This document shows positions 50,413 to 62,652 of a DNA stretch of 64,000 nt, piece after piece. Within the stretch, counting starts at the first letter, position 1. Each line of letters starts with the position of its first letter. The position numbers were made by a program, and so were the translations under genes. The notes under the pieces are model-generated. The model saw only the letters and a list, made by a program, of their open reading frames with translations, searched no databases and was not told where the DNA came from. Source of the stretch: Fimbriosthenelais zetlandica (Eukaryota); assembly GCA_977030845.1 (NCBI GenBank), contig OZ365117.1, positions 3,410,001-3,474,000 on the forward strand. Direction: 5' to 3'.

Positions 50413-53400
50413 ACTATAATGAATATGCTCAAGAAATGAACAAATTGCTTGATATAAATAGGCTGTAACCAGATCTGATATAAGTGATTCAGATTGCGGT
50501 CAAGAAATGCAATACAGGGGGTATTTCCATCGAGGTGTGATAAATATAGACGCATATAAACAGCAACACTGAAAAGCTGTAAAATATGTTGAATAAAACA
50601 AAGTTAAGAAATAGTTAATCACTAATAGTGCAGTGTATTGAGAGTTATATGAATGTGATGTAGATACTATGACATCTCATTATTTCAACTAGTCTACAGT
50701 CTAAACCTCTCATTTTCCATCTACTTTCCTCTTCATCAGAAATAATCCCCATATGAAGCTTGTCTCTACCATGACACCATCTGCTGCCTGATAAATCCCT
50801 ATTTTACCCCCGACTTTAAGACCTGCCCGCCCCTCCCGAGCAGACCGTTGATAGAATAATCGATTCAGCAAACTTCTACTTGCGTCGTCTGTTTGGATTG
50901 ATTTCCTGCCATAATCTTTCTAAAGATGGAAGTTGTTCTGACAAATATTCACTTGTCCCATAGCCAAGCTTACACCCAGCCATTGGGGGGATCCATTTCC
51001 CCTCCACACGTTCCGCTATTTGCCAAGATCATGACGGTAGACTGCAGCGCCCTTAAGTCAATAGTGGCAGATATTGGCAACAAAATACGCCGGAAGTAGG
51101 TCCGGGCTTTAAAAAAGGTCACCTGCTCATTGGCTGAACAAGGAGACGGGTCTGGAAAGGTCTCCAGCAATTCAAGCAGTCATGGCGAGAGTTAAGGAAT
51201 GAAAAAATCATCCATGCGTGGCGATCACTGGGTGGAAGTAGCCACTAGGCCATTCTCAGAATGAGCTGGATGCCTTTAGCAACTTGCCGTTAATGGAGGT
51301 CGAAGGGCAAACTATTTATCATGGAGCTGGGGTGGGAATCAGTGGAACGTGGGCTTATTGATGTGAATATGGCCTGTCTCTAACACATTATAGGTGCTCT
51401 CAGCATGACCTGCTAAAAATAAAACCATTGTGGCCAGCGACATTGACAGGAAATTTTCTCCAGATAGGAGACGTGTCTGAGGAAATTTCTTCTCGCTGGC
51501 AATATCAATCTTTATCAATGAGGAAAGTTGCTCTCAATTTGTCTGATGAATCTGAGCTCGACTCGAGTCAACAATGATGGAGAGGAATTAACATGACCTT
51601 AATACGAGGACAGCGAAAAGGTCGATTAGTTTTGAAAGGGAGAAATACAATGACTGTTTATAGGCAATATTATCTGTTTTAAACAGAGAAATAATTTATT
51701 AGGATTAATAACTTTCCATATGTCAGGCCAATTTTAGGCACGCGATTGCTTTGTTTGTTATTGCCTGATACCTCAGTGATTCAGGTATTCTAATAGTCGA
51801 GAATTTACCTAATGATATTCAACTTCATTCCAAGCAAGATTTTGCTCGCCAATCATGAATTTTGCTATTTTGAGCAGGAGCAGCAGTGAGAAAGGCGAAT
51901 CCAGACGCTTGGCACATTGAGGGCCTAACAAATGAAAATATTTCAATCAACATTCTACTGGCTTTATAGCGAGGTAAAAATGAACAATGTTTGGTTGCGT
52001 AGGAAGTCATAAAAATGGACAGGAAGCAAGGTGGGTGGCGGAGCAGCGAAGGCCATGAGAAGAAGGGAATAAATGTCAATACAATCACTATGAGCTATTA
52101 GGTCTTAAGACCTTCAGGGGAAGGCAATCAATGACTTTAACATATGAGCGTGTTGTGATATATTTAGGACTGTGATATGAGAGTCAGTGTCAGTCTAACC
52201 TGTCCCACATTCAGCCTTGGGGAGAGTGTTGAGGCCAGCTTAGCTCACACTGTCTATAGTAATACCTCCCGTGTCTTGGGTTTCGTCTCTTGGCACGTTC
52301 AGCACTTAACCAATACATAAATGTATGATCAGGGTCTTGCTTGACGCCTGTGTCCCCGCGGGAGAATAGCCTAAAATAGGTGCACATAGAGAATAGCCTA
52401 AAATAGGCCCACATAGAGAGAAGGCAGCCAGGACACAGGATCTCAACGTGAACTCTTCACGGCTCTAGGGTTTGACTGTTAGTTTGATATACTTATGGGC
52501 TGTCATGCCTCCCAAACATGGGCTGTCATGCCTCCCAAACAGACAAAAGACCAGATATACGGACATTAAAACATTGCAATGATCTGCAGTCTATGCGCTG
52601 TGCTAGCATTACATGCTCTAAAGTATGGACTGTATGCATGTGGTTCTGCAGCATGCTAGCCTAGCAGTATGCTCTGCAAGCATCTTCTAAAGTATAGGAT
52701 TTAACTTTTGCTTCATCAGCATTTAAGAAAGTTTCATCAACATTTAGGAAAGTAAGGCTTGGCTTTTGTACAACATCCTCGAGTAGTGACTTTCTCTCCA
52801 GCTTTGCCGGATCAGACATCAAAGATTCAGCGTCTTCTCCCAGCGTCTTCCAGCCTTGGTAGAATGGAGTAAGTATCAGAAACCCCAGACTAGCACCCAG
52901 TCTGAGCAATCCCTCTGGGGAAGGGCCTACTTGGCCAACCATTAGCAATTCCTTTTCTTCTCCGCCACCTTCTCCGGTGCCACACAGCACCTTGTCCGTG
53001 GCATCGCCTCTTGTGAGCCCCTCTTGTGAGAGTGTTCACAGGCCAGGAGCAGTTGAGGGCGATTCACGACCTAATTTCTCATCTCCCGCATGTTCTGCAT
53101 TAATCGCTTCCCTGGTTTTAATCCCACAAAAAATGATGACACTATTTAAATCCTGCTTGTCTGATTTTCTGTGGCTTCAGTTTCTTTCAATTGCTCCATC
53201 CTTTAGCCCCGCGTCTTTTTTTTTCTCAACCGTCGAAGGTATTGAATTATTAATGATCTTGCGAAAGAAGTGGGAGAATGGAAAAAATTTACATATATTA
53301 TGATTGGTAATTCGACACCAATAAATTATTGGTTGTGGCAAGAACAATATCTCTATAACCTGGCGAAGGTAAATAATGTATTGCATCTTTCAAGCTACAT

Positions 53401-55904
53401 TTAAAGAGAATATTCAGAAGTCTGTTCACAGACTGTTTCCAAGCATGTCTTCACGGGATTTCATGCAAAATACACAGAAGCTTGTGAAGTGCCCATCATG
53501 CTTATTAGAATTAATATCGCTGGATTCCCAATATTCACGACAAAGATTGCCTATAATAGATTTGTAAATTTGTCAGAGACAACTTGGAATCTTTTTCATG
53601 GCCTTATGCCAATGAATTTGAAGGCAAGCCTTGTCCTTCAATTCAGTATTCATAAAAGAATAAATGAATAAATAAGTAGGTATTGCCTCTGAGCCACACT
53701 CCGTCTCTCGGCCAGCAGCCGTTGGGCGTGCTTGTAAAACATGCTTTAGAACAGACCTTCATTCTGATATTCAATTAAGCCCATTCATCATTAAGGACAA
53801 TAATACTTTATAATCCATCAAAGAAAAAAACCAGCTCCTCCTAACTGGCATTAGAACAATTCATAATATGCTAGCTGGATCTCATTTGTCTGTTTTTATC
53901 GTGGAATATCTGTTTTCCTTCAGCAGGGACATAGATTCCACTTACCCCTCAACTAAACATAGATTATAATTGATATTAATTCCAACTCAATGGCATATTA
54001 TCCACATTTGTTGTGAGTTTTTTTTCGTGTAGGATGGGGACGGGTGGCTTAATGAAGGCTGATTAGGTGATTGATTGTAGGTAATGAATGTCGTTTCAGT
54101 GAGACTTTATTGCTACAGGCAATGAATGTGCTATTTAATCTCAGTTGAAATGAGAAAGTATGGAACAGCGATTCCCATATTGGAAGGGAAGCTGTGGGAA
54201 TAGTGTTGCTGCCCGGGTTGAGGCATCGCATACTCAGATCTGTATTTAAACCGTTTGTGAAGGAAGACAAGACGGCTTTATTCTGATTGAAACCAGCGGA
54301 TTCAAACGGTGTTAGTTCTTCCTGGGGGTCATGAAAAATGGTTGTTGATTTGGGGCTCTCCAGGACGGATGAATCTTCATACGACCTGTCATGGTCATAT
54401 TCCCTTCTACCAACACGACATGGGCCGCACATTGTTTTAGATCGATAGTAAATCCATACACACATGGCAGTTTTTCTTGACCCAAATATTTCAGATAAAC
54501 TGATATATCGGAGAAAAGTTAATTCACAGAAGTAAAGAATGGCTGGGAGAATTGTAAGAGAACATGCAAGCCTGTCTTTTGTTGTGATTAGGCAGACAGC
54601 TCACATATAAGTGGACTGAGGGGGGTTCGTTTTTGAAATATGGTCCATAAATAGACGTTCTCCTTCCCAAGTCGCATATGTAGCAAGATGAATTATAGTG
54701 ATTGCTCCTGGACCCAAGTCCTAAACTAAACACTCATACTGCTTCTCATTATCTCTTGGGAAATCATCTTTTCAAGTTCTTTAATTAAAGTCGATTTCAA
54801 AAAGACATAATATATACATTTGGAACTCTGTTGTGTCAACCAGATATCCCCATCGTGTGGGAAGCTAATCTACACACTAAATCACTACTTCAGTCATGAA
54901 TATTTCCAAAGTTTGTTCTGTTAAAAGCAGAAATCTGTACATCAGTCACTGAAAGCAGGATTAAGATTCTCTTTCATCTTTGAAGCAGAAGGGAAAAGTC
55001 TGTTGAATACAATGAACAACGCCTCAAATGGCCATCCCTTTAAATCAGAGCTCGGCAATACTGAGAGATGGAGTTATAATATAAAATATATGCCTGCATG
55101 GTAGACAAGTGTCAATATATGGATTATTAGAAGGCTTGGAATCTACAATGGCCATCTGTAGTGAGATCAGAATATCATCCGGGGCTTTGAGGTAATGCTG
55201 GACCACCAGGAAGCCCTCGGCCATAGTCAATACAGAACAGTCCAGCTTCCCTTTTACTCCACATATCTGTTTTCATTTCCCAAAAGCAGGATGAGTGGGT
55301 TGAAAGGGAGAGTCAATATATGAGGCAAGGCTCTGTTGATACAAAGACTTCGGTTAGAGGTCTACAGTTAACCATTAAAAGCAATCAACTTCGATTTTTA
55401 CATGCGTTTCTCAAAGCCCGGAATATCCACTATTCTATAGTGGATTTGAAATATTGGAAAACCCTTACTGATTCTGTACTAGGTCAGCTATTCCCTATAC
55501 TACTATTCTCTAATAAAGACTACATTTGGTACTTAATATTTTACAAAATATAGGGTGGGCTCCATTTTTGGTTGCCAGGTGGTTCAATGCTTCTTCTTCG
55601 ACCTGCCGAATATTTTTAGACAATAACATGAAATTATTCAGGAGGTGATCCTACTGTCAGAATGTTCAGCCTCGAGAAGACTGATAAAGTCTTTTGGTAT
55701 TAAGTGAGTCCATGTCCAACCTTCATAATATACTCCTCATCTCATAGAGAGCCTGTCACCAGCCTGCTAGTCAAAGCTCGCACCCACTTCTGACCACAAA
55801 CATGTCTGTGGACTTCCATTGTTGATCCTGTTCCCAGTGGAGAGCGGCTAGGGACAGTGGCTACTGACACTGTCAATAACATCCATCATAGCTAGGCCAG
55901 GTTG

Positions 55905-55982
55905 GGAGAGTTGGGGGCTGGTAGGAGACTGAGGGGGCTGGTAGGAGAGTCAGGGGTCTGGAGGAGACTCGGGGGTTGCTAG
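55905..55982. repeat. G-rich degenerate repeat, 19-20 bp x 4
   Basis: Unit approximately ggaga(g/c)t..gggg(g/t)ctgg(t)a. Confidence 0.75.
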
Positions 55983-57272
55983 GATATAAGGGACATCCAT
56001 CCTGCCTACCTTATAGCCCTCCTCCACTGATGTCACTCTGTTTTTGTCAATGTTACATAACAATATAAGACCTATATATTGTGGTAGAAGTTATCAAAGG
56101 CCAATGGTCCAATTGTCCTTTCTTGGGACGGGTCCATAAATAAATTAGGCCATCCTGGGGAAGGATTAAATGGCGTGGGTATCAATGATCAGTCTTTGGC
56201 AGTAGGAAAAGGGAGACTAAATTTCCTTCATCTTAAGTAAACCCAGCATAAACCAATCGATAGGATCTAACCTGCTTATAAACTTGGCTAATTAGCATAG
56301 TACTATATCACGTTAGTTGTATGCCTTGACAGGAGATCAGGGAGAATGGAGGGACTAATCTGATCTGCTATGGTGTCTGTAAGGCTGTGATTATATATAC
56401 TTAATCTTATCAACCCATCGTTCAGATCCCACCATCCAAGATTGAAGGTTTCCCGACCAACCGAACAGTCCTAAAGAAGATAGGCTTTACGGGAGACAAA
56501 GCGAACAGGCATGTAGTCATTACTGGAACCTCCATGGATGGAAGCATCCAATTATAGCACCCAGACACCCTCGGGGACTTGGAACTGATGTCACCTTAAA
56601 GATTCAGGTGATGTTTCTCCAGTTCCTCCAGACAACCATTGGGCTCTTAAGCTCCAGACCCACTAATGACTAATTACAGTTCAACCCAAGGTTCTTCTCT
56701 ATAACTTCAACAACCTTGGGAAACATTTGAGAAACTTAGAAGCACTTGGAGGCGATCCGTTGTGATCCTTGGTGGTCCTTGGAAGTCCACAAATGTTTTG
56801 AACTGTTCAAAACATTTGTAGACATCTTTACCAGGTTTTAAAACCATGGGAAATCATAGTAAAACCGTAGGGATATGGTGAATACATTTGTGAACATTCT
56901 CCGCTTTCCTCAGTGAAACTTTGAACATTTTTTCGGTCTAATGTACCATGATGTACTACGAATTTTTTTTTTTTCAACAATGGTGAATCGTATAGCTAGA
57001 TCTTGAGCCTTTACACCTGCCTGTTAGCCAACACACAGATGGGAATTGAACATGACGTTGTATAAAACACACCTCTCAGGTAACCTGGGGAATCACCGGG
57101 TAATATTCAGCAATAACATGGAGTGGAAGGCGCTGTTATTCTACCTGTAAATGACCGTGTAATAGGTCTCTTGCCACTTCAGGTCAGAATGCAATGTTGG
57201 CAGGAGACATGGGGGAATTAGAGAAAGTGCCATCCACTGAACCTCTCACCCCGAGACAGCCCCAAACACCTT

Positions 57273-57307
57273 GTTACTTAGCAACGGCTGTGAACATAAT
57301 GACGTCA
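57273..57307. promoter_or_regulatory. X-box-like site plus full CRE
   Basis: GTTACT-T-AGCAAC at 57273-57285 and TGACGTCA at 57300-57307. Confidence 0.35.
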
Positions 57308-58924
57308 CAGTAATGTGATGAATATAAGATGGCCCTGGGAGTCATAAGACGGTCTAGTTCGTCTAGATGGAAATCAGCGCCAAATATAGGTAAACAAGTC
57401 AATGTCTTCCCCAGACACTCTCAAACTCAGGTATAATCATGAGTTTTACACGGAGTCAATCCACTAAGAGCATCCGTGAGGCTTCGACAAAGGATGAGTG
57501 CAACTACTTTGAATTATCTGAAAGCTGAAGGATATAAATTAGATTAGGTGAGCTCGATTAGGTAAATCAGCTAAGTCAATAATAGGAATGAGATTAATTA
57601 CTAACGAGTGAAGGGAAGCCTTGATGTTTGGTATCTGAGCTGATTTCATTTTTCTCTCTCCCAATCACACCAATGGAGGCCTTGTGGCCGGGACACCATC
57701 CTAATACCGGGGCAGGTTTTATTGTTGAGGAGCTGCATGTCCTTTACCTTTATGGCCCTGACTGTAATTCCAGGTCCTCTTATTGCTGGTTCACGACTCC
57801 GCTACCAGACACCCTCCCCTTCACCATTTATACCAGCGTTTGTTTTCCCAATCAAAACGCACCGAGAGAAAAACCTCAAGTAAACGTGGGTTTTTAGATG
57901 TAATCTCAACAGGAGATTAAATAATTAATGAAGGAACTGAGACGATTCTTCTACCGGCAGATAATTTTATTAGAGAATCTGTTTGATCATATAAAACATG
58001 ATCGGTAGTATCATATGTGATAATAGGCTTGCAGTGAGAGAGCTCATTGGAGGATTTTTTGTCATTTCTGTTAAGCTCCATTACTATACTACATCAGACT
58101 GCTGCATGTTCATTACTATAAGTGAAGACATTGTATTTATCTCTCAGACCCAATAAGCTGCCGTAACAATGAAGGAAAAACCAAGCATGGAAATAATGCG
58201 AGCTCAGGTCTCATAGAGATAACCCATACTATGGAAGTATTCCATTCTACTCAGTCACCAATCCGCTTATTCCCATGGGCTATATAGGATTGGCTCTATT
58301 GGCATCTGCTTGATGGGCCCTCCTATATCAACCTCACTGGCCTTTTACAGACAAATGACGCAGTCTTAGCCAACTGCCAAGGGTCAAACATTCCAGACGG
58401 ACAATATTATCTTCTCATATATTACACACTTTTAGTCTGCAGTCTTAAAAGTTGATTCAATGAGTCCTCAATGGTTCACTCAGAATATTGTTAAGTTCAT
58501 GACTCCATCGCTGGCGAGGGCCTGCTCAAAGTGCAAAAGACTTAAAATAAAGCTGACAAAATCAAAAAGATGCCTGGCCCAGAGAGATAATTTCATCTTC
58601 TAAATTTGGGAATTCAAATCATTTCAGACTTGATGACAAAAGGCAGTCCATGTAGAAGTAAAACAAATGTGATGAATCTAAGCTCACGGACAAATGATCG
58701 AAGTAGTGGAAGTGTGTAGGAGAGATGGAGGGCTATAGCTGATGTTATCCAGGTTGATATGATAACCACTGAGTAGCATAATAATGATAGTAAGTGGTAC
58801 AGCTGGTTTATACAAGACCTGTACATCAGTGGCCACCTGACTCTCAATCAGGTCGACAAGTCTGCTCATCACAGCATAGTGTAACACATAATAGTGGCAG
58901 AGCCAGCTAAAGGTTCGGTTATCT

Positions 58925-58968
58925 GACAATTAGACACCGACCTATAAGACACCGGACATTTAGACACC
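58925..58968 (+). repeat. Fragment of the GACAATTAGACACC-repeat family (3 units)
   Basis: gacaattagacacc-gacctataagacacc-ggacatttagacacc. A single unit also occurs at about 20850. Confidence 0.5.
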
Positions 58969-59004
58969 GATTGAGACTCTTAAAAGGTCCAAATGTTCAG
59001 GTGT

Positions 59005-59041
59005 GTGCCCCCTCCATCAGAAATTACTGGCTACGGGCCTG
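59005..59041 (+). mobile_element. Isolated right end of a CAGGCCCGTAGCCAG-type MITE
   Basis: gccccctcc...aaattactggctacgggcctg matches a common invertebrate MITE terminus as remembered. No left end found. Confidence 0.35.
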
Positions 59042-59650
59042 CTTGCGGCAGTTATGGTAGAAAATCCAGTGTAGCTACCGTATTTGAAGCAACGTAAGAA
59101 AAGTAAATTATGTTAGTTGAGATGTTTAGAATCTCCACCTGTTTCACCCTGACTGTTGGAGATTATGTATACATGAAGAGCCGAGTTACATAGATGTTGA
59201 ATACATGTCTGGATGACCGAGCCTCAATACCCATAGAAAATGCCATATTCATGGCTCCCAATGTAGAATAGAATTTGTCTGTCGCAGGAACATGGGGGAA
59301 TGCCGTCCTATAGATATTGAATGGACCACAATCACCATGCATTGAATCTATACCTATAGTTCCCACAAGACCCTGCTCTGTTCTCCCAAGACTTTCTGAT
59401 CAAGATTTGATCATTAGACCTTCTGTATTGATTTATTACATTGTAAGCACTCAATGTGCCAATCTGACCAATTTACCCTAAGAAAGTGGCTGCATTTTAG
59501 AGCAGAGGAAATCAATCTTCGGTAAAAACAGAGTACATGTATAGATTACTTATATAGGATTAGTAAAGCGGTACATTGGTATATAAAGGCACAATGAAAT
59601 GCTGAGATTCAAATATTAAATTTGATTAAATATTAAAACAGTGTGTTTAC

Positions 59651-59693
59651 CTTTGATGATGTACTTGTGGCGCAACTTCTTCCGGTCAGACAT
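59651..59693 (-). CDS. Candidate distal alternative first coding exon: MSDRKKLRHKYIIK(G)
   Basis: Start context aaacaaaATGT with an in-frame TAA 18 nt upstream, 14 codons + 1 nt, donor AAAG|GTAAAC (phase 1). Preceded by a CpG-containing, 5'UTR-like stretch (about 59700-59950). No homology recognised. Confidence 0.5.
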
Positions 59694-62570
59694 TTTGTTT
59701 TTCCTGATTTAACGTGACCGAAAAAAACACTCTAAATTCAACACTTCCCTCGGTGAATTTCCTTGGCTAAATTTGACTCAATAAGAAGCACTTGGTTCTC
59801 GTCAATTTTCTCGTCAGTTGACACCAAACGATGAATGCAGACGAATAGTTGATGAGGACATGAGGCGCAGGCAATTAGTGTTCACCGTGAACTCAGGTGA
59901 CGTTATCAACTTAAATGACAGCTCTGGAGGTGAATTAACACCGGTGTGAGGTGATGTCCTCAATGTGGATGATCTTTCTCATTGGGAGCAGATTAATTCA
60001 TAAACATGGGTATTTGATAATCCAAGTAAGGAGAGATGAACTTGGAATAAATGCCGACCCCATGTACTGAAATATTGATGTGGATGTCTCACCACTGTCC
60101 GGTCTGGTGTCGAGGATGGATATGTCTGGTGATAACTTATAGATTCGGGTTAGTTGTAAGTCAATGCTTTCTGATGTGTGAGAACAATAAGTATGTCCGA
60201 ATCTGCCCACATAAACCAGTATGAGAAAGTCCACAAGAACAGCTATATTTGCCTCCACAGTCCATCAATAGGGGTTCATTTTTGTCTGTTGTCAAACAGT
60301 TCGATTCAATTCGTACGATCTTGGCAGCAAATATCCATGACTTTTCTTCTCCGATACTTCAGGAATTCCTGATGATTGGCCACGTATAGATGTATAAAGT
60401 GGGATGACCTTTGAGTTGACCTCAAACGTCCCAAGTTTAGCTCAGATTTTCTCGTAGATCAGCCTTTCAGGTTTGTGGATCGATGTCCAGCAAAGCTCAG
60501 TGACAGAGCATGGTGCAATCAATACCTCTCAGCCTATCACAACACCAAGCTGAAAGCTTTGTTTTCAATGTTTTAATTTTAACTTTGTGCGTCAGTATTA
60601 AATCCAGTTTCAGGTTCTCTGATTTATTTGTAATGCTGGTTTCTGTTCCTTGGTCTCATTAAAAAAGATCAATTCGTTTTGCAGATAATATTGCTCATGA
60701 CACTGAGCATTAGGTTATCACTGGATTTCCTGTAGTCAGGGGTTAATATGTGATAATATCCAGTCTCATCAGGTTCTCTCAGGGGGAGGTATATTTATTA
60801 TATGTATATTAAAGTTCAAATCCAAGCCATATCAATGTACAGCTTATCATGCTGTAAACACAGTTTCAATTTCAAGAAGTATGATTTGAATCTACAGACC
60901 TGGCTGAAATGTCCTCGGTCGGATACAATTTAATGATTTCCTTTTAGGCAAAAAAAACTGTGTTTTTGAATGTCAGTAACGAACAGAAATACACCAATTC
61001 AAGCATTAAAAAGGGACAGGATGGCTTTAGCAGTTCATATGACAGGACCTGAAGTCTGATTCACTTTTTCTGTTGACTCTAGAAGGATGCATTACATATT
61101 GAGAGTCAGGATGGCAGACTGTCTTTCACTCAGTTTTTTTTTCAGAAGGTGTAAGATGGTACTCTAATCATATGTTCATCTGTGCAGGAGGGAATGTAGA
61201 AAGGTCATGTGGTTTGGAATGTCGAGTTAAACAGGGATATAGTGTCTATATAATGATGAAATTATAATGATAATGAAACAAGAGGACAATGAAAATAGTA
61301 GTAATGAAATTATAGCAAAAGGCAGAGGAAAAATAGACAAAGGCAGATGAATTAAAAGAGGTAGCGAATGAAATAAAGTAGGGAAATTTTCACACCTTCT
61401 TTCTGTTTCAATGTGTAAAATATTCTTCAATTATTTTACGATGCGGAGAACTTAGTTTTATCTATCGCATTATTGCCGCGATTTAATCTTCAGGATGCTC
61501 AGGACGTCCTCTTTTGTAAAAATTATGAAAGGAAAGAATGAGATTTTGTTTTTAAGAGGAATCTGGTACTAATTGACAGGGCACTGACATTTTCAATGTC
61601 GATCGGAAGCTGCTTTCAAATGAATATTCCGATTTATAACCTCACTAAGCCAGATAATGAAATGACAGGAAACAAAATTCACCAAAATCAGAAGATTTTG
61701 TAAATAATTTAACGAAATCCTAAAGGTATAGGTTTAAGTAAATATATCCAAAACTCCATATATAGGTGTTTCAACAGAGGGGTACAACAAATTATATAAA
61801 TACAAAAAAAATGTAGAAAAGTCCCCACAGACGAGCCCTAGTTGGCCAGAATGTCCTAGTGAGCCTCAGATAGTGAATATGATGAGTGGTGAGGAGGAAT
61901 TGCTCAAAAGTGCTCTTCTATCCACTCCCAGCTGCTCCTGAATGTGATTGCATTTGCTGCAGGAAAGGTAAGCCAGTTTCCCTGCTATGTACCTGTCCCG
62001 TTCAGGAGGTGATTGCTCTGAGATATTGCTTGCACCACCGAGAGCTGCTCGTCCCTTCAATATGAGCTGCTCCGTCAGAGAGAGTGTATGTCCCTATCCA
62101 GGGTCTGAACCAGGCGTAGCACGCTTTAAGAGGGCATCTCCAGGACCTAGTTCTCCACTGATCCAGCAGGGCGTTATTCGGCGCCAGGCGTACTGCTGGT
62201 GCAGCCTTGTAGGTTAATGTCCCTATACTACATGTATAGGTAATTGTGATGAAGGTGTCATTCTGTCGTATAGATATGAAGGGTTAGAGAATGACTCAGC
62301 AATATATTATACAGAAGATGTGGCAAGTAAGAGCTGAATAATGTCCTATAGTACAGGCTTCGGCAACCGGATTTATTTTGGATACAGCAATGTACACAGC
62401 AATGTTACTCCGTGGCTCAAAAAAATATGGAGCAATTTTTGCAATTTTTGCAGCGAGACTTCTATGCTGATTGACCAATAAAATAAAGTCCAAATAGCCC
62501 CAAAGAACTAGGCTTTAGGCGACTTCTTTCTATCCCTGTCAGTATATGTGAATTTGGTCTCTACTCTGAA

Positions 62571-62577
<7 letters not shown>

Positions 62578-62645
<68 letters not shown>
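62578..62645. repeat. (AT)n microsatellite
   Basis: About 34 uninterrupted AT units. Confidence 0.99.

Positions 62646-62652
<7 letters not shown>

Noticed and set aside
53940-53950. Minus-strand donor GAGGG|GTAAGT
   Set aside because: All three frames have nearby upstream stops without an ATG. It could be a non-coding exon end but cannot be supported.
54049-54465. 138-aa minus-strand ORF
   Set aside because: No recognisable domain, no splice context, and composition consistent with a chance ORF.
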